This document shows positions 46,800 to 58,202 of a DNA stretch of 64,000 nt, in pieces. Numbering within the stretch: the first letter of the stretch is position 1; each line of letters starts with the position of its first letter. Under the pieces are notes generated by a model. It saw only the letters and a program-made list of their open reading frames with translations, ran no database searches and was not told where the DNA came from. The translations under genes were made by a program, and so were the position numbers. Location: positions 1,240,001 through 1,304,000 of the forward strand of contig CM074815.1 in NCBI GenBank assembly GCA_037447605.1, written 5' to 3'. Source of the DNA: Zygnema circumcarinatum SAG 698-1b (lineage: Eukaryota; Plantae; Zygnematophyceae).

Positions 46800-47909
46800 A
46801 TGTCATCATCGATTGGAACGCGAACTCCGATGGAGGGTGACCCGAACGGAGGAACGGACGGGTACAGTGGAGGAGTCCCTGCACCAACAAGTGGTATCAG
46901 AGCTTATGGAGACTCGGAGGACCACGTCAAGTTCAGTATTCCGGCCTTTGATGGGCAGGATTACAAAGCATGGAGATGGAGGTTGGTTCCCCTGCTTGTT
47001 GGCAAGGGGTTGCTTGGGTATGTTGATGGCAGCATCAAGGCGCCGGAGTTACCGGTTGGAGCCTCAGCGGAGCAGCAGTCGGAGTACGACGTGGCGCTCG
47101 CACGATGGAAAGCCAAGGACAACAAGGCCCTGACGCAAATTGTAATGAGCGTAAGAGGAAGTCCGTCCTCTATGCTATATGATCTCAAAACCTCTCATGC
47201 TATGTGGAAGTGCCTAGAGGAAATGTATGATGTAAAAGACAATGTGACGATCGTCAGTCTTTACACGCAGCTAGGCAAGATGAAGATGACTTCAGATGAG
47301 AAACTAGAAGCTTACATGGTCAGGTTTGATGCTCTGATGGAGAGGTTCATAGCCCTTGGGAAACCATTAGAGGCAGACCATACGATAAGCCAGTTTCTAG
47401 GGGGTTTGACCAGTAGATTCGATGTGGCAATGGCGGCTTTGAGGACAGTCCTGACTAATACCACGATGACTCTTGAGCAAGTCAAGCGTAGGATAAAGGA
47501 GGAGGACTCCATCCAGGATGTCGGCAGCCCTGAGGAGAAAGTGCTTGCGTTGCACACTCGACCGAATCGAAGAGGAGGCGCCCCGAAGTCAGCCCGAGGA
47601 GAACGCTCGGCGATTACGTGTTATACGTGTGGCAAGATCGGCCACTACTCCAGCGATTGCTTCAAGAACAGAGGCAGCCAAGAGAATGGAGGAAACGCGA
47701 CTTCATCCGGCAAGAAGGAGAAGAAGGCGTTCAGTGGCACTTGCTTCAAATGCAAGAAGAGAGGCCACAGGAGTTCAGACTACAAGGTAGCAGTTGAGAA
47801 CAACCTCATGCTGGCGGAGAATACTGAGAATGCGTTTGTGGGAAGGATTCAGGTAGAGGATCCGAAGCGGCCGTGGCTGATTGATTCCGGCGCTTCTACG
47901 CATATGTGC
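46800..47909 (+). pseudogene. copia-2 gag and N-half of protease, cut by the gypsy insertion
   Basis: FDGQDYKAWRWRL, CCHC knuckles CYTCGKIGHYSSDC and CFKCKKRGHRSSDY, and WLIDSGASTHMC. Confidence 0.88.
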
Positions 47910-48460
47910 TGTAACAAGCCTTGAGCACAACACCCAAAGCCTGCTAGAGACTAAGTCACTTAAATGTAATGCTGGTTTCTGGAACGATTGCAAGTGCCCC
48001 CTTCAAGGACCCCCTCTTGCATTCATCCCACGCCCCTTATACGCTCCCCCCGTCGAACCCTTTACCAGCGTAAGGGACCGGGAGCAGGGCTAGCCAATGG
48101 CGCTATGCCACGTGGCCAATCGGCTGGTCAATGCCAGTTGTATGAGAGGCCAGTCACGGTCACCAGCATTCCCAATGTGTGACCGTGACACGTCACTCCG
48201 TATAGCGACCGGCGGTCGTGGTCGCGTTCCGATCTCGAACGCGACGCGCGACGCCGCAGAATCGCCGTCAGTCCGTACCGTCCGTATGGGTGGTACGGAT
48301 CCGTACGGCTACACCGTACGACTGTACGGACGGCTTGTACGGCCGAACCGTACGGAGATCCTCAGGATGCCGGCGGCACCGTGGTGTCTGTAGCGTTCAG
48401 TTCGCTACATTACTCCCCCCCCCAATGCGAAGTGTGAACGTCCTCGTTCACGAGGGTAAA

Positions 48461-51400
48461 TCAAGTCAAAGCAGCTCGCAGTTTCGACGACACGCGTCGA
48501 ACTCTNNNNNNNNNNCACAACTTACGGGTGCCGCCATAAGCTTTGAGTTTAAGATGAGCGGTACTCAACAAAACTTCATCTCCCTCAGTAAAGAAAAGTG
48601 GAGTCCGCTTGCGATCAGCATACGACTTCTGTCGGGAGGTGGCCGCTTGCAGGGTCTGCCGGGCCCTCTGCAACGACTCAGACATTAATCGGACAAAAGA
48701 AGTAACGGCAGGAGGTTGAGTCCTGTCCGCTCCTCTCGTACACCAAGGATCGAGGTTTCGGTGGACACCCATGTGCCACTCAGAAGGGGATTGATCCTTT
48801 GGCTGCAGGGGATTTAGAGGACGCTGACCAAAATTTAAGAAGAAAGGAGTAGTGCCGATAGATTCCTGGTACGCATTATTAATGGCGTACTCCGCCACTG
48901 GGAGCAACTGGTCCCACACATCTGGTGTAGGTCCCACATAATGCCGAAGATAATCTTCCAGGATTCGGTTCACTCGCTCCGTCTGGCCGTCAGTTTGCGG
49001 GTGGAAAGCTGTACTCATAGCCTGATGGGTTCCCACAATTTGAAGCACTTTTTTTCAGAAATGCCCAGTGAACCTGGGATCTCTGTCAGAGACAATCTCA
49101 GATTGAAGCCCATGCAGACTCCACACTTTGTCAACATATATCCGTGCCATCTCATCGGCCCCAGCAGTCTTAGTAGTTGGTGCGAAATGCACCATCTTGC
49201 TGAGCCTATCGACGAACACTAAGATGGAGTCAAAACCCCGGGGTGTAGCAGGAAGATCAGTGATCAAATCCATGCCAATACTTTCCCACTTCCGAAAAGG
49301 AGGTGTTAAAGGTTGCAACTGATTAGGAATTCGGCCAGTACGTGCCTTATCTCGTTGACAAGTGGGACAGGCGAGTACATACGCCTTTACATCCCTCGTG
49401 AGCCCCGGCCACCAGAACTCACGGAGCAGTGCCTCACGAGTCTTGGCAATTCCCATATGACCTCTGTACGGCGGATCATGCAACTCACTCAGAATGAGTT
49501 GCCGTACAACCCCGGTCTTGGGCACGACCAATTGCTGCCCGTGATACCAAAACCCATCTGTTGAGAGCACCACTTTGTCCTTATAGCCACTACCCTGACC
49601 ATCCAAGAACAAGGGATCACCAGTATACCCCTCCTGAATCATCCGTCTGAGATCAGAGAGAGCAGGAGGGTTGACTGTGCTACTGGTGGGGTGGTTTATG
49701 GCGAGGCATACCGGAAAGGGAAAATCAGGGTTGGCCGGCCCCTCATCTCGACCGCTTCGTTCCCCAATCACCCGAGTCGACGAGTGCGCCATCCAGGCTA
49801 GATGACGCGATTGCCTGCTCAATGNNNNNNNNNNCGCGACTGCCTGCTCAATGGATCCGCCACATTCAACCTCCCTGGTCGATAGACCCACTGACAGTCA
49901 AATCGTTGAAGGAACTCGGACCAGCGTGCCTGCCGCCTAGTCAATGTCTGTTGAGAGGAGAGAAATGTCAACGGCCGATGATCCGTGACAAGCGTAACCG
50001 CTTTCGCCCCCTCTAAATAACACCGCCATGTCCTCAAGGCGTGGATTACTGCAAGGAGCTCTTGCTCAGTTGCAGAATAATTGCGTTCGGCTGGGTTCAT
50101 CTTACGACTTTCGTACGCAAGAGGTCGCCCATCCTGAAATAGGACGGCTCCCAGAGCGAATCCGGACGCATCACAAACCACCTCATATGGTTTGGTAGGG
50201 TCTGCCAACACCAATGTAGGTGCGGTGACTAAGGCATGTTTAACACCCTCAAAGGCCCTCTGGCATTCAGGCGTCCAAATGTAAGTGACACCGGCACGTG
50301 TCAAATCTGTCAAGGGAGTAACAAGTTTGCTAAACCCTTGAATAAATTTACGAAAATAATTCGCAAATCCGAGGAAAGACCGCAACTGATGTAAATCAGC
50401 CGGTACTTCCCATGTCTCAACCGCAACCACCTTAGCCGGGTCCGGTCGAATGCCCTGATCATTCAGGATATGCCCAAGGTAAAGCAGCTCACGCTGCATG
50501 AAGTGACACTTCTTCCACTTGGCATAAAAATGATGCTTCCTCAGAACTTCAAACACCTTTCTCACGTGTTGAAGATGGTCCTCAACTGTCTTACTAAAGA
50601 CGAGGATATCATCGAGGTACACCAAAACAAAGTCATCCATGCCAATGAACATTTCGTTCATGACGGCCTGGAAAGTTGCTGGAGCATTAGTCAATCCAAA
50701 AGGTAAAACTTTATACTGGAAGTGACCAATAGGCGTACGAAACGCCGTCTTAGGTACATCAGCATCCGTCACACGAATCTGATGATAACCTTGTGCAAGA
50801 TCGAGTGATGTGAATACTCGAGCACCTTGCAATCTGTCCAGCAAGTCATCAATACGCGGTAACGCATACCGATTCTTGACAGTTATCTTGTTAAGTGCCC
50901 GATAGTCAATGCACATTCGCAAAGAACCATCTTTCTTCCCCACAAAGAGGATTGGAGCACCGAAAGGACTCTGGCTGGGTTCAATCCAACCTTTGTCTCT
51001 CAAGTTTGAGAGTTGCTTACTTATCCTCGCCCGGGAACTCCTTGCTTGGGGACTTAACCCGATAAATCGGCGCCGGCCTGCAGAGTTCCAAGGGAATGGT
51101 ATGCCGACACCTCGAGGCGAGGAGGCAATCCCGAGGTAAGTCTCATCAGGAAAAATATCTGAATTCATCAACAGCGGTTGGATCCGAGATGGAAACGGTG
51201 ACAACACATCCGTAGGTGTGACATGCCACTCTTGTTCCTCGTCATGAACATCTTCCGTGGTATCCATGACTTGTACCAAAAACAAGGTACATCCTGCCTT
51301 AACAGCTTTAGCCAACTGCATGGCTGAACACTGAAAAGGTGTATCAGACTGCTCAGCAGCATCTGGAATCGTAATGCCTGGGCGCAGAGTTATTCGTCGT

Positions 51401-52380
51401 ACGCCACAACGCAAAACACAAGTAGGTATGGAAAAATCCATCTGAGCCTTGACCATGGTTAACCACTGACTTCCCAGAATAACATCTAGGCCAGGCGCCA
51501 GATTAGTGACAAAACACCGAATCTGCCCTGAGTAAGTCTGAATCTTCAGACGTGTGGTTATGGTGCCAAGGATTTGACCCTGTCTTCCATCACCAAAAGT
51601 CACGACTTCGGTGAGAGGGGAGACAGACAAGTCAACAAGCTTAACAAGTACAGCACTAATGAAATTAGAATCAGCACCTGAATCAAGTAAAACTACTACA
51701 GATCTGCCGCCAATGAATCCCTGAAAGGTCATTGCACGGTGTGCAAGGTGGAAGAGTGACCGCAATACATACGATGATGGAGAACATGAAGTCCGCCAGA
51801 TCAAAGGGTACGGCGATCCAACCAGCAAACTGGTAGTATCCACCCAATGTAGCATGGGATGTCCTTTTCGCCAGATCTTGACCAACTTCCAGTTAGTATG
51901 GCTAAAAGTCCCAATAGAAGCATGCAAAGGCATCAATACATGCAAACTTGAAACATGACTAGTGATGCGCTGTAAACGTAAAGCAACAAATGTACAATCA
52001 ATAAGAGACACATTACCTGAAGGATTCAAAATCCAAACAGCCAATTGTTCTCCATTCATCACAACATTCATGAAAGAGTCAGGAGTCACGATTAAGGAAA
52101 TCGAGAATGGAATCACATTCAGATGCTCAGGACACAAAGTCACAAATACATCATGGTCATCCGGCTGTCTGCCCATCACTTTCAAAATGTCAAGAGGTTG
52201 TGGTACAAGCAAGCCTCTAGAACTGATAGCAGCAGCTGCAATCCTTAATCCATCTTCTCCACCCGCAGCGACTCCTACACTGCTGGTGGTGTGCCGTTTT
52301 CCGGCCCTTTTCCCTTCTTGTCCTTGATGCTTTGCGGACAGTCCTTCGCCATATGGCCAGACTGCCGGCATCGGAAACAT
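48461..52380 (-). CDS. gypsy-1 pol (protease, RT, RNase H, integrase), broken by N gaps and frameshifts
   Basis: LLDSGADSNF, LRMCIDYRALNKITVKNRYALPRIDDLLD, YLDD, CDASGFALGAVL, LHDPPYRGH...CPTC, IVSDRDPRF and DGQTERVNR. Confidence 0.9.
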
Positions 52381-53818
52381 CGTCCTTCCTTCTTCATCTT
52401 CTCCATTTCCTGTGGAGTAAGCTTCTGCACCTTCGCAGAAGGCTGTGGGGCAGAGGTTGCACTCGGCTTCCTCTTTTGCGGATTTGCCCCCCTTTAGCTT
52501 TGGAAATGAAAGGAAGAGCTTCGATGCTGCCTCTACGCGGAGGTGGTGTGGTGGGCGTGAAGGCAGCCGGTGCTGCCGCCAGGAAAGGGAATCAGCTTAC
52601 CAAAGCCGCCCGCATAGAAAAAATTCTGCATCCGCACCGGACACATATGATTTGAGATATGCGTGGATTTTAATAGCAGGAATTTCCTCCCTTCCAAAAT
52701 CGCGACTTCAGGCCCATCCAAAAGTGATAAAACACTGCTTCATCAGTAGGACGATGTGTCTTAATGAGTGACACCGTCATACGCAGATCTCGCAGGAACT
52801 TCTTGGCACTACCAGTCTGTACCATACTGTGGTACCTTTGACGCGCTTCCATTCCAGGATCCAAGACCCCAAAATGACGCTCAAGTTCCTTGCGGAATTT
52901 CTCCCAATCACTCCCGATCTTAGTGGCTAAGCTCTCGTATACACGATAGGCATCGCCGCGGAGTGATGGATATGAGAAATTCACCCACTCCTTCTGTGGG
53001 CAATTCGTGGCGTGAAGGTAACCCTTCACTTGGCCCAACCACTGTTCAATAGAACAGTCAGTTGCAGGGTGTTCTCCCCAAGGAGAAATGGGGGTTACCT
53101 TGGCCCTGTTCCTCGAAGACCAATCTTGAGGAGGGACCAAAGGGCCGGATCCTGTTCCAGGAAGTCCCCCATCACCAGAGGGCGATCCCGAAGGGGATCC
53201 ACCACCACTGGAAGGTGCGCCACCCCCGTTAGGATGACTCCCCCCTGTTGCAGAGGCAGGGGGTCCCGACGACCGTCTGCTGCTTGAGGCAACAGGTTGG
53301 GTCGCAGTTCTCGTGGCAATTGATGGTGCTACCCCATCAGCTACCCCAGGAAGATCTTTCTCTGCCTCAACGGCTTCGGCCTGGGGAATGTTGGACGTAC
53401 CTTTTGCTGCCGTCAAGTTCTTCATGGCGAGGGCCAAATCCCCTCGTAGGTCCGCACGAAGCTTGTCCATCTTCTTCTGAACGTTGCGCTCCATCTGCGC
53501 CATCTCCTGTCTTTGGGTCACAAGGAGAGTCTCGTACTGACCAATCTTGGCCTGAACCCCTCGCACGTCTTTCTGAAGGTTCAAGGCTGCTCCGGCAGTG
53601 ATGTTCGTCTCAGCCGCAGGTGGCGGCGGAGGCTCATTCTGAATGGGTGCTGGAGGCGCTTGCTCCGGGCTGCTGCAAGGAGACGGGCTGTAGTCGATGA
53701 GAGAAGGACCCCGCGGATCTGCCGTCTCATCCTCCTCTGGATTCTCCTCCATCGGGTGATCCTCTTGGTCCTCAGGGCTGGAAGGCGGAAAAGGCGGAAA
53801 TTCTGGAAATGCCTCCAT
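52260..53818 (-). CDS. gypsy-1 gag, with a frameshift before the zinc knuckle
   Basis: ORF 52670-53872 is retrotransposon-gag-like (EQWLGQVKGYL, ARQRYHSMVQTGSAKKF). CCHC knuckle CFRCRQSGHMAKDC lies near 52340-52385 in another frame. Confidence 0.75.
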
Positions 53819-54285
53819 TAAACAAACAATCTTAGCAGGAGAAACACAAGCTCTGATACCAAAATGTAACAAGCCTTGAGCACAACACCCAAAGCCTGCT
53901 AGAGACTAAGTCACTTGGTTTCTGGAACGATTGCAAGTGCCCCCTTCAAGGACCCCCTCTTGCATTCATCCCATGCCCCTTATACGCTCCCCCCGTCGAA
54001 CCCTTTACCAGCGTAAGGGACCGGGAGCAGGGCTAGCCAATGGCGCTATGCCACGNNNNNNNNNNACGTCACTCCGTATAGCGACCGGCGGTCGTGGTCG
54101 CGTTCCGATCTCGAACGCGACGCGCGACGCCGCAGAATCGCCGTCAGTCCGTACCGTCCGTACGGGTGGTACGGATCCGTACGGCTACACCGTACGACTG
54201 TACGGACGGCTTGTACGGCCGAACCGTACGGAGATCCTCAGGATGCCGGCGGCACCGTGGTGTCTGTAGCGTTCAGTTCGCTACA

Positions 54286-57200
54286 TGTGCGGAGACACAT
54301 CGATGTTCTCCAAGCTCGACAACTTGGAGAAGACACGCTCAGTCCATTCAGCAACCGGTGAAGGAATCACCGTGACGAGAGGTGGAGCCGTGAGGATGAT
54401 ACTCGGAGACGGCTCGGTCATCAATGAAGAAGACATACAAGAGAAGTTGTCAATTGGTGACGTTCTTCACACCCCTGAGCTAAAGCAGAATTTCATGTCT
54501 GTTAGCCAAGTGTGTAAGAAAGGATACAGTGTTCTGTTTGAGGAGAAGTCATGCGTGGCCATCCATACAGAAACTGGGAGACAGCTGTTTAGGGGTTATG
54601 AGAGAGGAGGGCTGTATTATCTTGATTATAAGAGGGAGAATTATGAGCATGCCAATGCAATCTCAGAGAATGCCGTAGATGTATGGCATAGAAGACTTGG
54701 TCACTTACACCATAGAGGAATGCAGCAGTTGGTTGCGAAGGGGTTAGTCCGTGGGCTAGACCCGGGTGTAGTGGAGAAGGAGCTTGGGTTGTGCCAGGAG
54801 TGTGTGGAGGGCAAGGCGCACAGGAGACCATTCGTGAGGTGGAGCCGAGGTCACATGGTAAAGAAGTTGGAATTGGACATTACGACTTGTGGCCCGATTA
54901 CACAGCGCGACCAGCGAACGCATTTGCACCGTCACGCGTTCCTGCGGCGATTTTCGAGGAAGATTTGGATTACGCTCAGGGGAGAACAAGAGTCGAGGAG
55001 AGGCTTTCCGGAGCCTTCGAGGGTGCATTTGGATCCCGGTGAGGAGGCCAGTCGAGGGGCCAATTTGAAGACTGCGCTCGGACAATGTGGCCGAATTGAG
55101 AATCCGAGAAGAGTTGTGAGAGTTCGAAGAACAGCGGTATAAGGCGCTATACGCCCCATTCCCCTCGGAAGCGTGGGCGGTGGCGAGTGGGCTCGGACAT
55201 TGGGGGCGTGGCACCGGACCATGTTGATTGATTCCCCTTTCGGCTTCTTTTTGGGGAGAAGCGGTTTTACTAACTTCTTGCGTGCATTAGAAGCAGAATG
55301 TCAAATGCACGATGCGAAAAGACCAAGTCCCACTGGCAGAGATGTGGGTGGGAGGAAAGCCCGCAGTTTCCCACACAGGACGCTTTGGCCGTAGCGATCT
55401 TTGTTTACCCAGCGCCCAAAAGGCGCGAGAAGAAAAAGTTTGACCCCGGCGGTGGAGGGTTATGTTCTCGGCTATAACACCAAATGTACCGCGACGATAG
55501 TAAACCCCGACTCCAGGAGGTCCCGGTTAACGCAGGGACATTACAAATGGATGAGGAAGTGCCGTTGAGCGCAGTTGCGCACTCTCGATCTTTCCTCCAA
55601 AATGGAAAAAGCGATTTCGACCGCAGGTGTATGAGGAGGAGAGACGAGTGGAGAGCGTGATGTCACTGTGCAGGATGCCAGCACATCACAGAGTGAAGGA
55701 GCCGAGCCAGCAGCTGCGTCAAGCGAGCCTGCTGATGTTGGAGAGTCGCCAGAGGAGGCGCATGCGGAGGAGCCGCAGAATTCGACGGAGACGATTCCAG
55801 TGCACACTCAGTTGAGTGAGGAAGAGGAGAACTCCGCGGAGACGCGGTGTCACGCGACACGAAGAGTTAGAGGACCTTTGAAGCGCCGGTGAGAGAGGCT
55901 AAGGTTAGCTAACATGCCTCCGTGTTTTGTACCCTGACCTACTTCTATCCGGAGGACGGCGCCGGCGAGATCTCGGAAGAGCGCCGACAGAGGCTTACCA
56001 GATTCGGTAATACCGAACGCAACCCTCATCCAAGAAAGAGTGCCTTCGTGATTCACCCACTGGAGCGCCCATCGCTTATGATCACGAACTACGCATCTTC
56101 GTGAAGCACACACGCACGGAGTCGGCGGCGACAAATGGCGGTGGCTTAATGATGTAGAAGGGACAACTTTGATAGAACTAAGACGCGGGAGGTTGAGGAG
56201 TCAGCCAAGGGAGGCAAGCTTATTGGTCAGTAAATGGGTCTTCAAAGTCAAGAGGAAGGTACCTTTAAGCGCGGGATGATACAAGGCTAGTGGCTAAGGA
56301 TACGTGCCTAGAAGTATGGAGTTGACTACGTGGAGACTTTCGCTCCGGTGGTAAAGTTCAACTCCTTGAGAGCCTTGATTTCCATCGCAGCGGCTGAAGG
56401 AATGCATGTCCATCAGTTGGACATCAAGACGGCATTCCCGCATCGAGATCTAACTAAGAGATCTACATGGAGCAAATGTGAGGGAAAGGTAACCTTAGGT
56501 GCGTAAACACCTAGTCCGGCCGACTAGTGAAGAGCCTATATGGTTTGAAGCAATGCAGCGTGGCACGGTAAGATAGATGATCTTTCCCTCGAGGAGAATG
56601 GTTTCACCCCCATCTCGGAACAGATCATTCCGTACCGGCCATGAGAGGGGGCGGACATCATGTTTGTCGGGATTCACGCTGATGACCCTACATATAATGG
56701 TGAGCCTCGCTGAAAGAATCAGTTCCCTTGAAAGAGTTGCTCGCTAAAATTTCAAGATGTCAGATTTGGGTGAGGCGCAGTATCTGCTTGGGATGCAACT
56801 GAAGAGGGGGCAAGATGGCAGCTTATTCTTGTGTCAGAAGAAGTATGCATCAGATGTTCTTGCCCGGTTCCACATGGAGGATTCTAGGCCGTGCTCCAGC
56901 CCGATGGAGATAGGTGCTAGATTGTCGAAGGAGATGTCACCTTCGAGTGCAGCAGAGGCGCAGAAGATGTTTGGAGCGCCTTACAGGTCTGCGATTGGGA
57001 GTCTGATGTACCTGATGATTGGAACGCGTCCGGACCTGGCGAAAGCAGTGAGCTCGGCCAGCCGATTCATGGAGAATCCGGGCCTCGAGCATTGGGAGGC
57101 CGTGAAGAGGATATTCAGATATGTGAGAGGGACGCTTTGATTATGTGGATCGTATGAAAGGGGCCAACCAGAAAGTGATTGGCCATGCTGCATCAGATTG

Positions 57201-57651
57201 GGGTGGTGATGTAGATATCGCCGACTTCAGGCTCTTACTTAATTGCATGGAGGTGGAGCTACTCTGCGGAGCTCCAAGTTGCAAAAGACTCTGTGAGCGC
57301 TATCGAAAGTACGAGGGCGAGTACATGGGTGCTTGTCATGCTGCAAAGGAGGGCGTGTGGTTTCAACAGTTCTTTGATGAATGCAAGAGAGAACAACGCC
57401 CAATTACCTTGTTCACCGATAATCAATCATCGACACCCCGGTGGGAAACCCGGCAGTTTCACAAGTTTTACCCAAGCACACGAAAAGCATCATTACAAAA
57501 ATTTCTGGAGTTGGCTATCGAGGAGGGTTTGATCGAAGTAAAGTTCGTAGGTACGAAGGAGCAAGCCGCCGATATGCTGACAAAAGGAGTTAGCGGAGAA
57601 ACCCTGCTGGTGAATGGCAGGTTGGTTGGGCTGGGGCCCATGCAAAACTAA
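54286..57651 (+). pseudogene. copia-2 pol remainder (protease C-half, integrase, RT, RNase H), many frameshifts
   Basis: GGLYYLD...VWHRRLGH...CQEC, MSDLGEAQYLLGMQ, PYRSAIGSLMYL...RPDLA and AADMLTKG in shifting frames. Confidence 0.88.
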
Positions 57652-57784
57652 AGTCCCAAAGAGGGGGATTGTTAGTGTATAGAAGTTAGTCACTAGACAA
57701 GTTGTTGTTGGGACATTAGTTTTGTGTGCGTGTGTTGTGTGTGTGGCCCTTGGCGGCGATGTGTGCCTAGACCGNNNNNNNNNN

Positions 57785-58202
57785 CCCACACAAGTGCTTT
57801 ACCATTAAAAGGCAACCGCGGATGTAAGTATTTGGCCATACAACCCATGTATAGCGTTTCGCTACATTCCTCCCCACCTAAACCGGGCTCGTCCTCGAGC
57901 GCAGTCAAGGTTTTTCACGAGCAGCGTTCAAGGTCCTTCAACACATGGACCTACGGCCTCAGACCCTCTAGTCATAGTTGACTGCCTGGCCTCAGTCAAT
58001 CCGTACCATGCTCAGAGATCACGGTGTTTTTGGGGTGGATTGCAAATACCAGTCCTTAGGCTCTGATACCAATGTAACAAACCCGCCTCCAGCAGGGTTC
58101 GAACTCAGGACCTCCCGGTACCCACACAAGTGCTTTACCATTAAAAGGCAACCGCGGATGTAAGTACTCGGCCATGCAACCCATGTATAGCGTTTCGCTA
58201 CA
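57785..58202 (-). mobile_element. TRIM (miniature non-autonomous LTR retrotransposon) with tRNA-derived 130-bp LTRs (Helenus-like)
   Basis: Complete LTR 58073-58202. Second LTR visible 57785-57866 (start in N gap). PBS revcomp GCTCTGATACCA 58060-58071. PPT revcomp TTCCTCCCCACC 57867-57878. Internal region 206 bp, non-coding. Confidence 0.88.
58085..58156 (-). other. tRNA-derived segment (Pol III A/B-box-like) inside the TRIM LTR; not a functional tRNA
   Basis: Minus strand reads ...AATGGTAAAGC ACTTGT GTGGGTA CCGGG AGGTC CTGAG TTCGAAC CCTGC TGGAGGC. GG to TTC spacing is the canonical 36 nt and the variable loop is AGGTC. The stems pair poorly. Confidence 0.8.

Larger units (their letters stand above)
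47910..54285 (-). mobile_element. Ty3/gypsy LTR retrotransposon (gypsy-1, chromovirus-like RT), recent insertion
   Basis: LTRs 47910-48409 and 53865-54285, nearly identical apart from a 12-bp indel, about 2 substitutions and an N gap. PBS (tRNA-iMet) 53850-53861. PPT 48410-48423. TSD TGTGC at 47905-47909 and 54286-54290. Order gag-PR-RT-RH-IN. Confidence 0.95.
46302..57774 (+). mobile_element. Ty1/copia element (copia-2), interrupted by gypsy-1, pol degraded; both outer ends lost in N gaps
   Basis: 5' LTR ends ...CCAACA at 46889. PBS TGGTATCAGAGC 46892-46903. gag-protease 46800-47909 resumes at 54286 (DSGASTHMC|GDTSMFSKL). Frameshifted IN/RT/RH to 57651. PPT AAAGAGGGGGA, then 3' LTR start TGTTAG at 57670. 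Confidence 0.88.

Noticed and set aside
58085-58156. Functional tRNA gene
   Set aside because: Acceptor, D and T stems pair poorly, and the segment recurs as part of both TRIM LTRs.
58056-58202. C-terminal extension of the 417-aa gypsy-2 integrase ORF
   Set aside because: It is read-through into the TRIM LTR and PBS, not integrase sequence.
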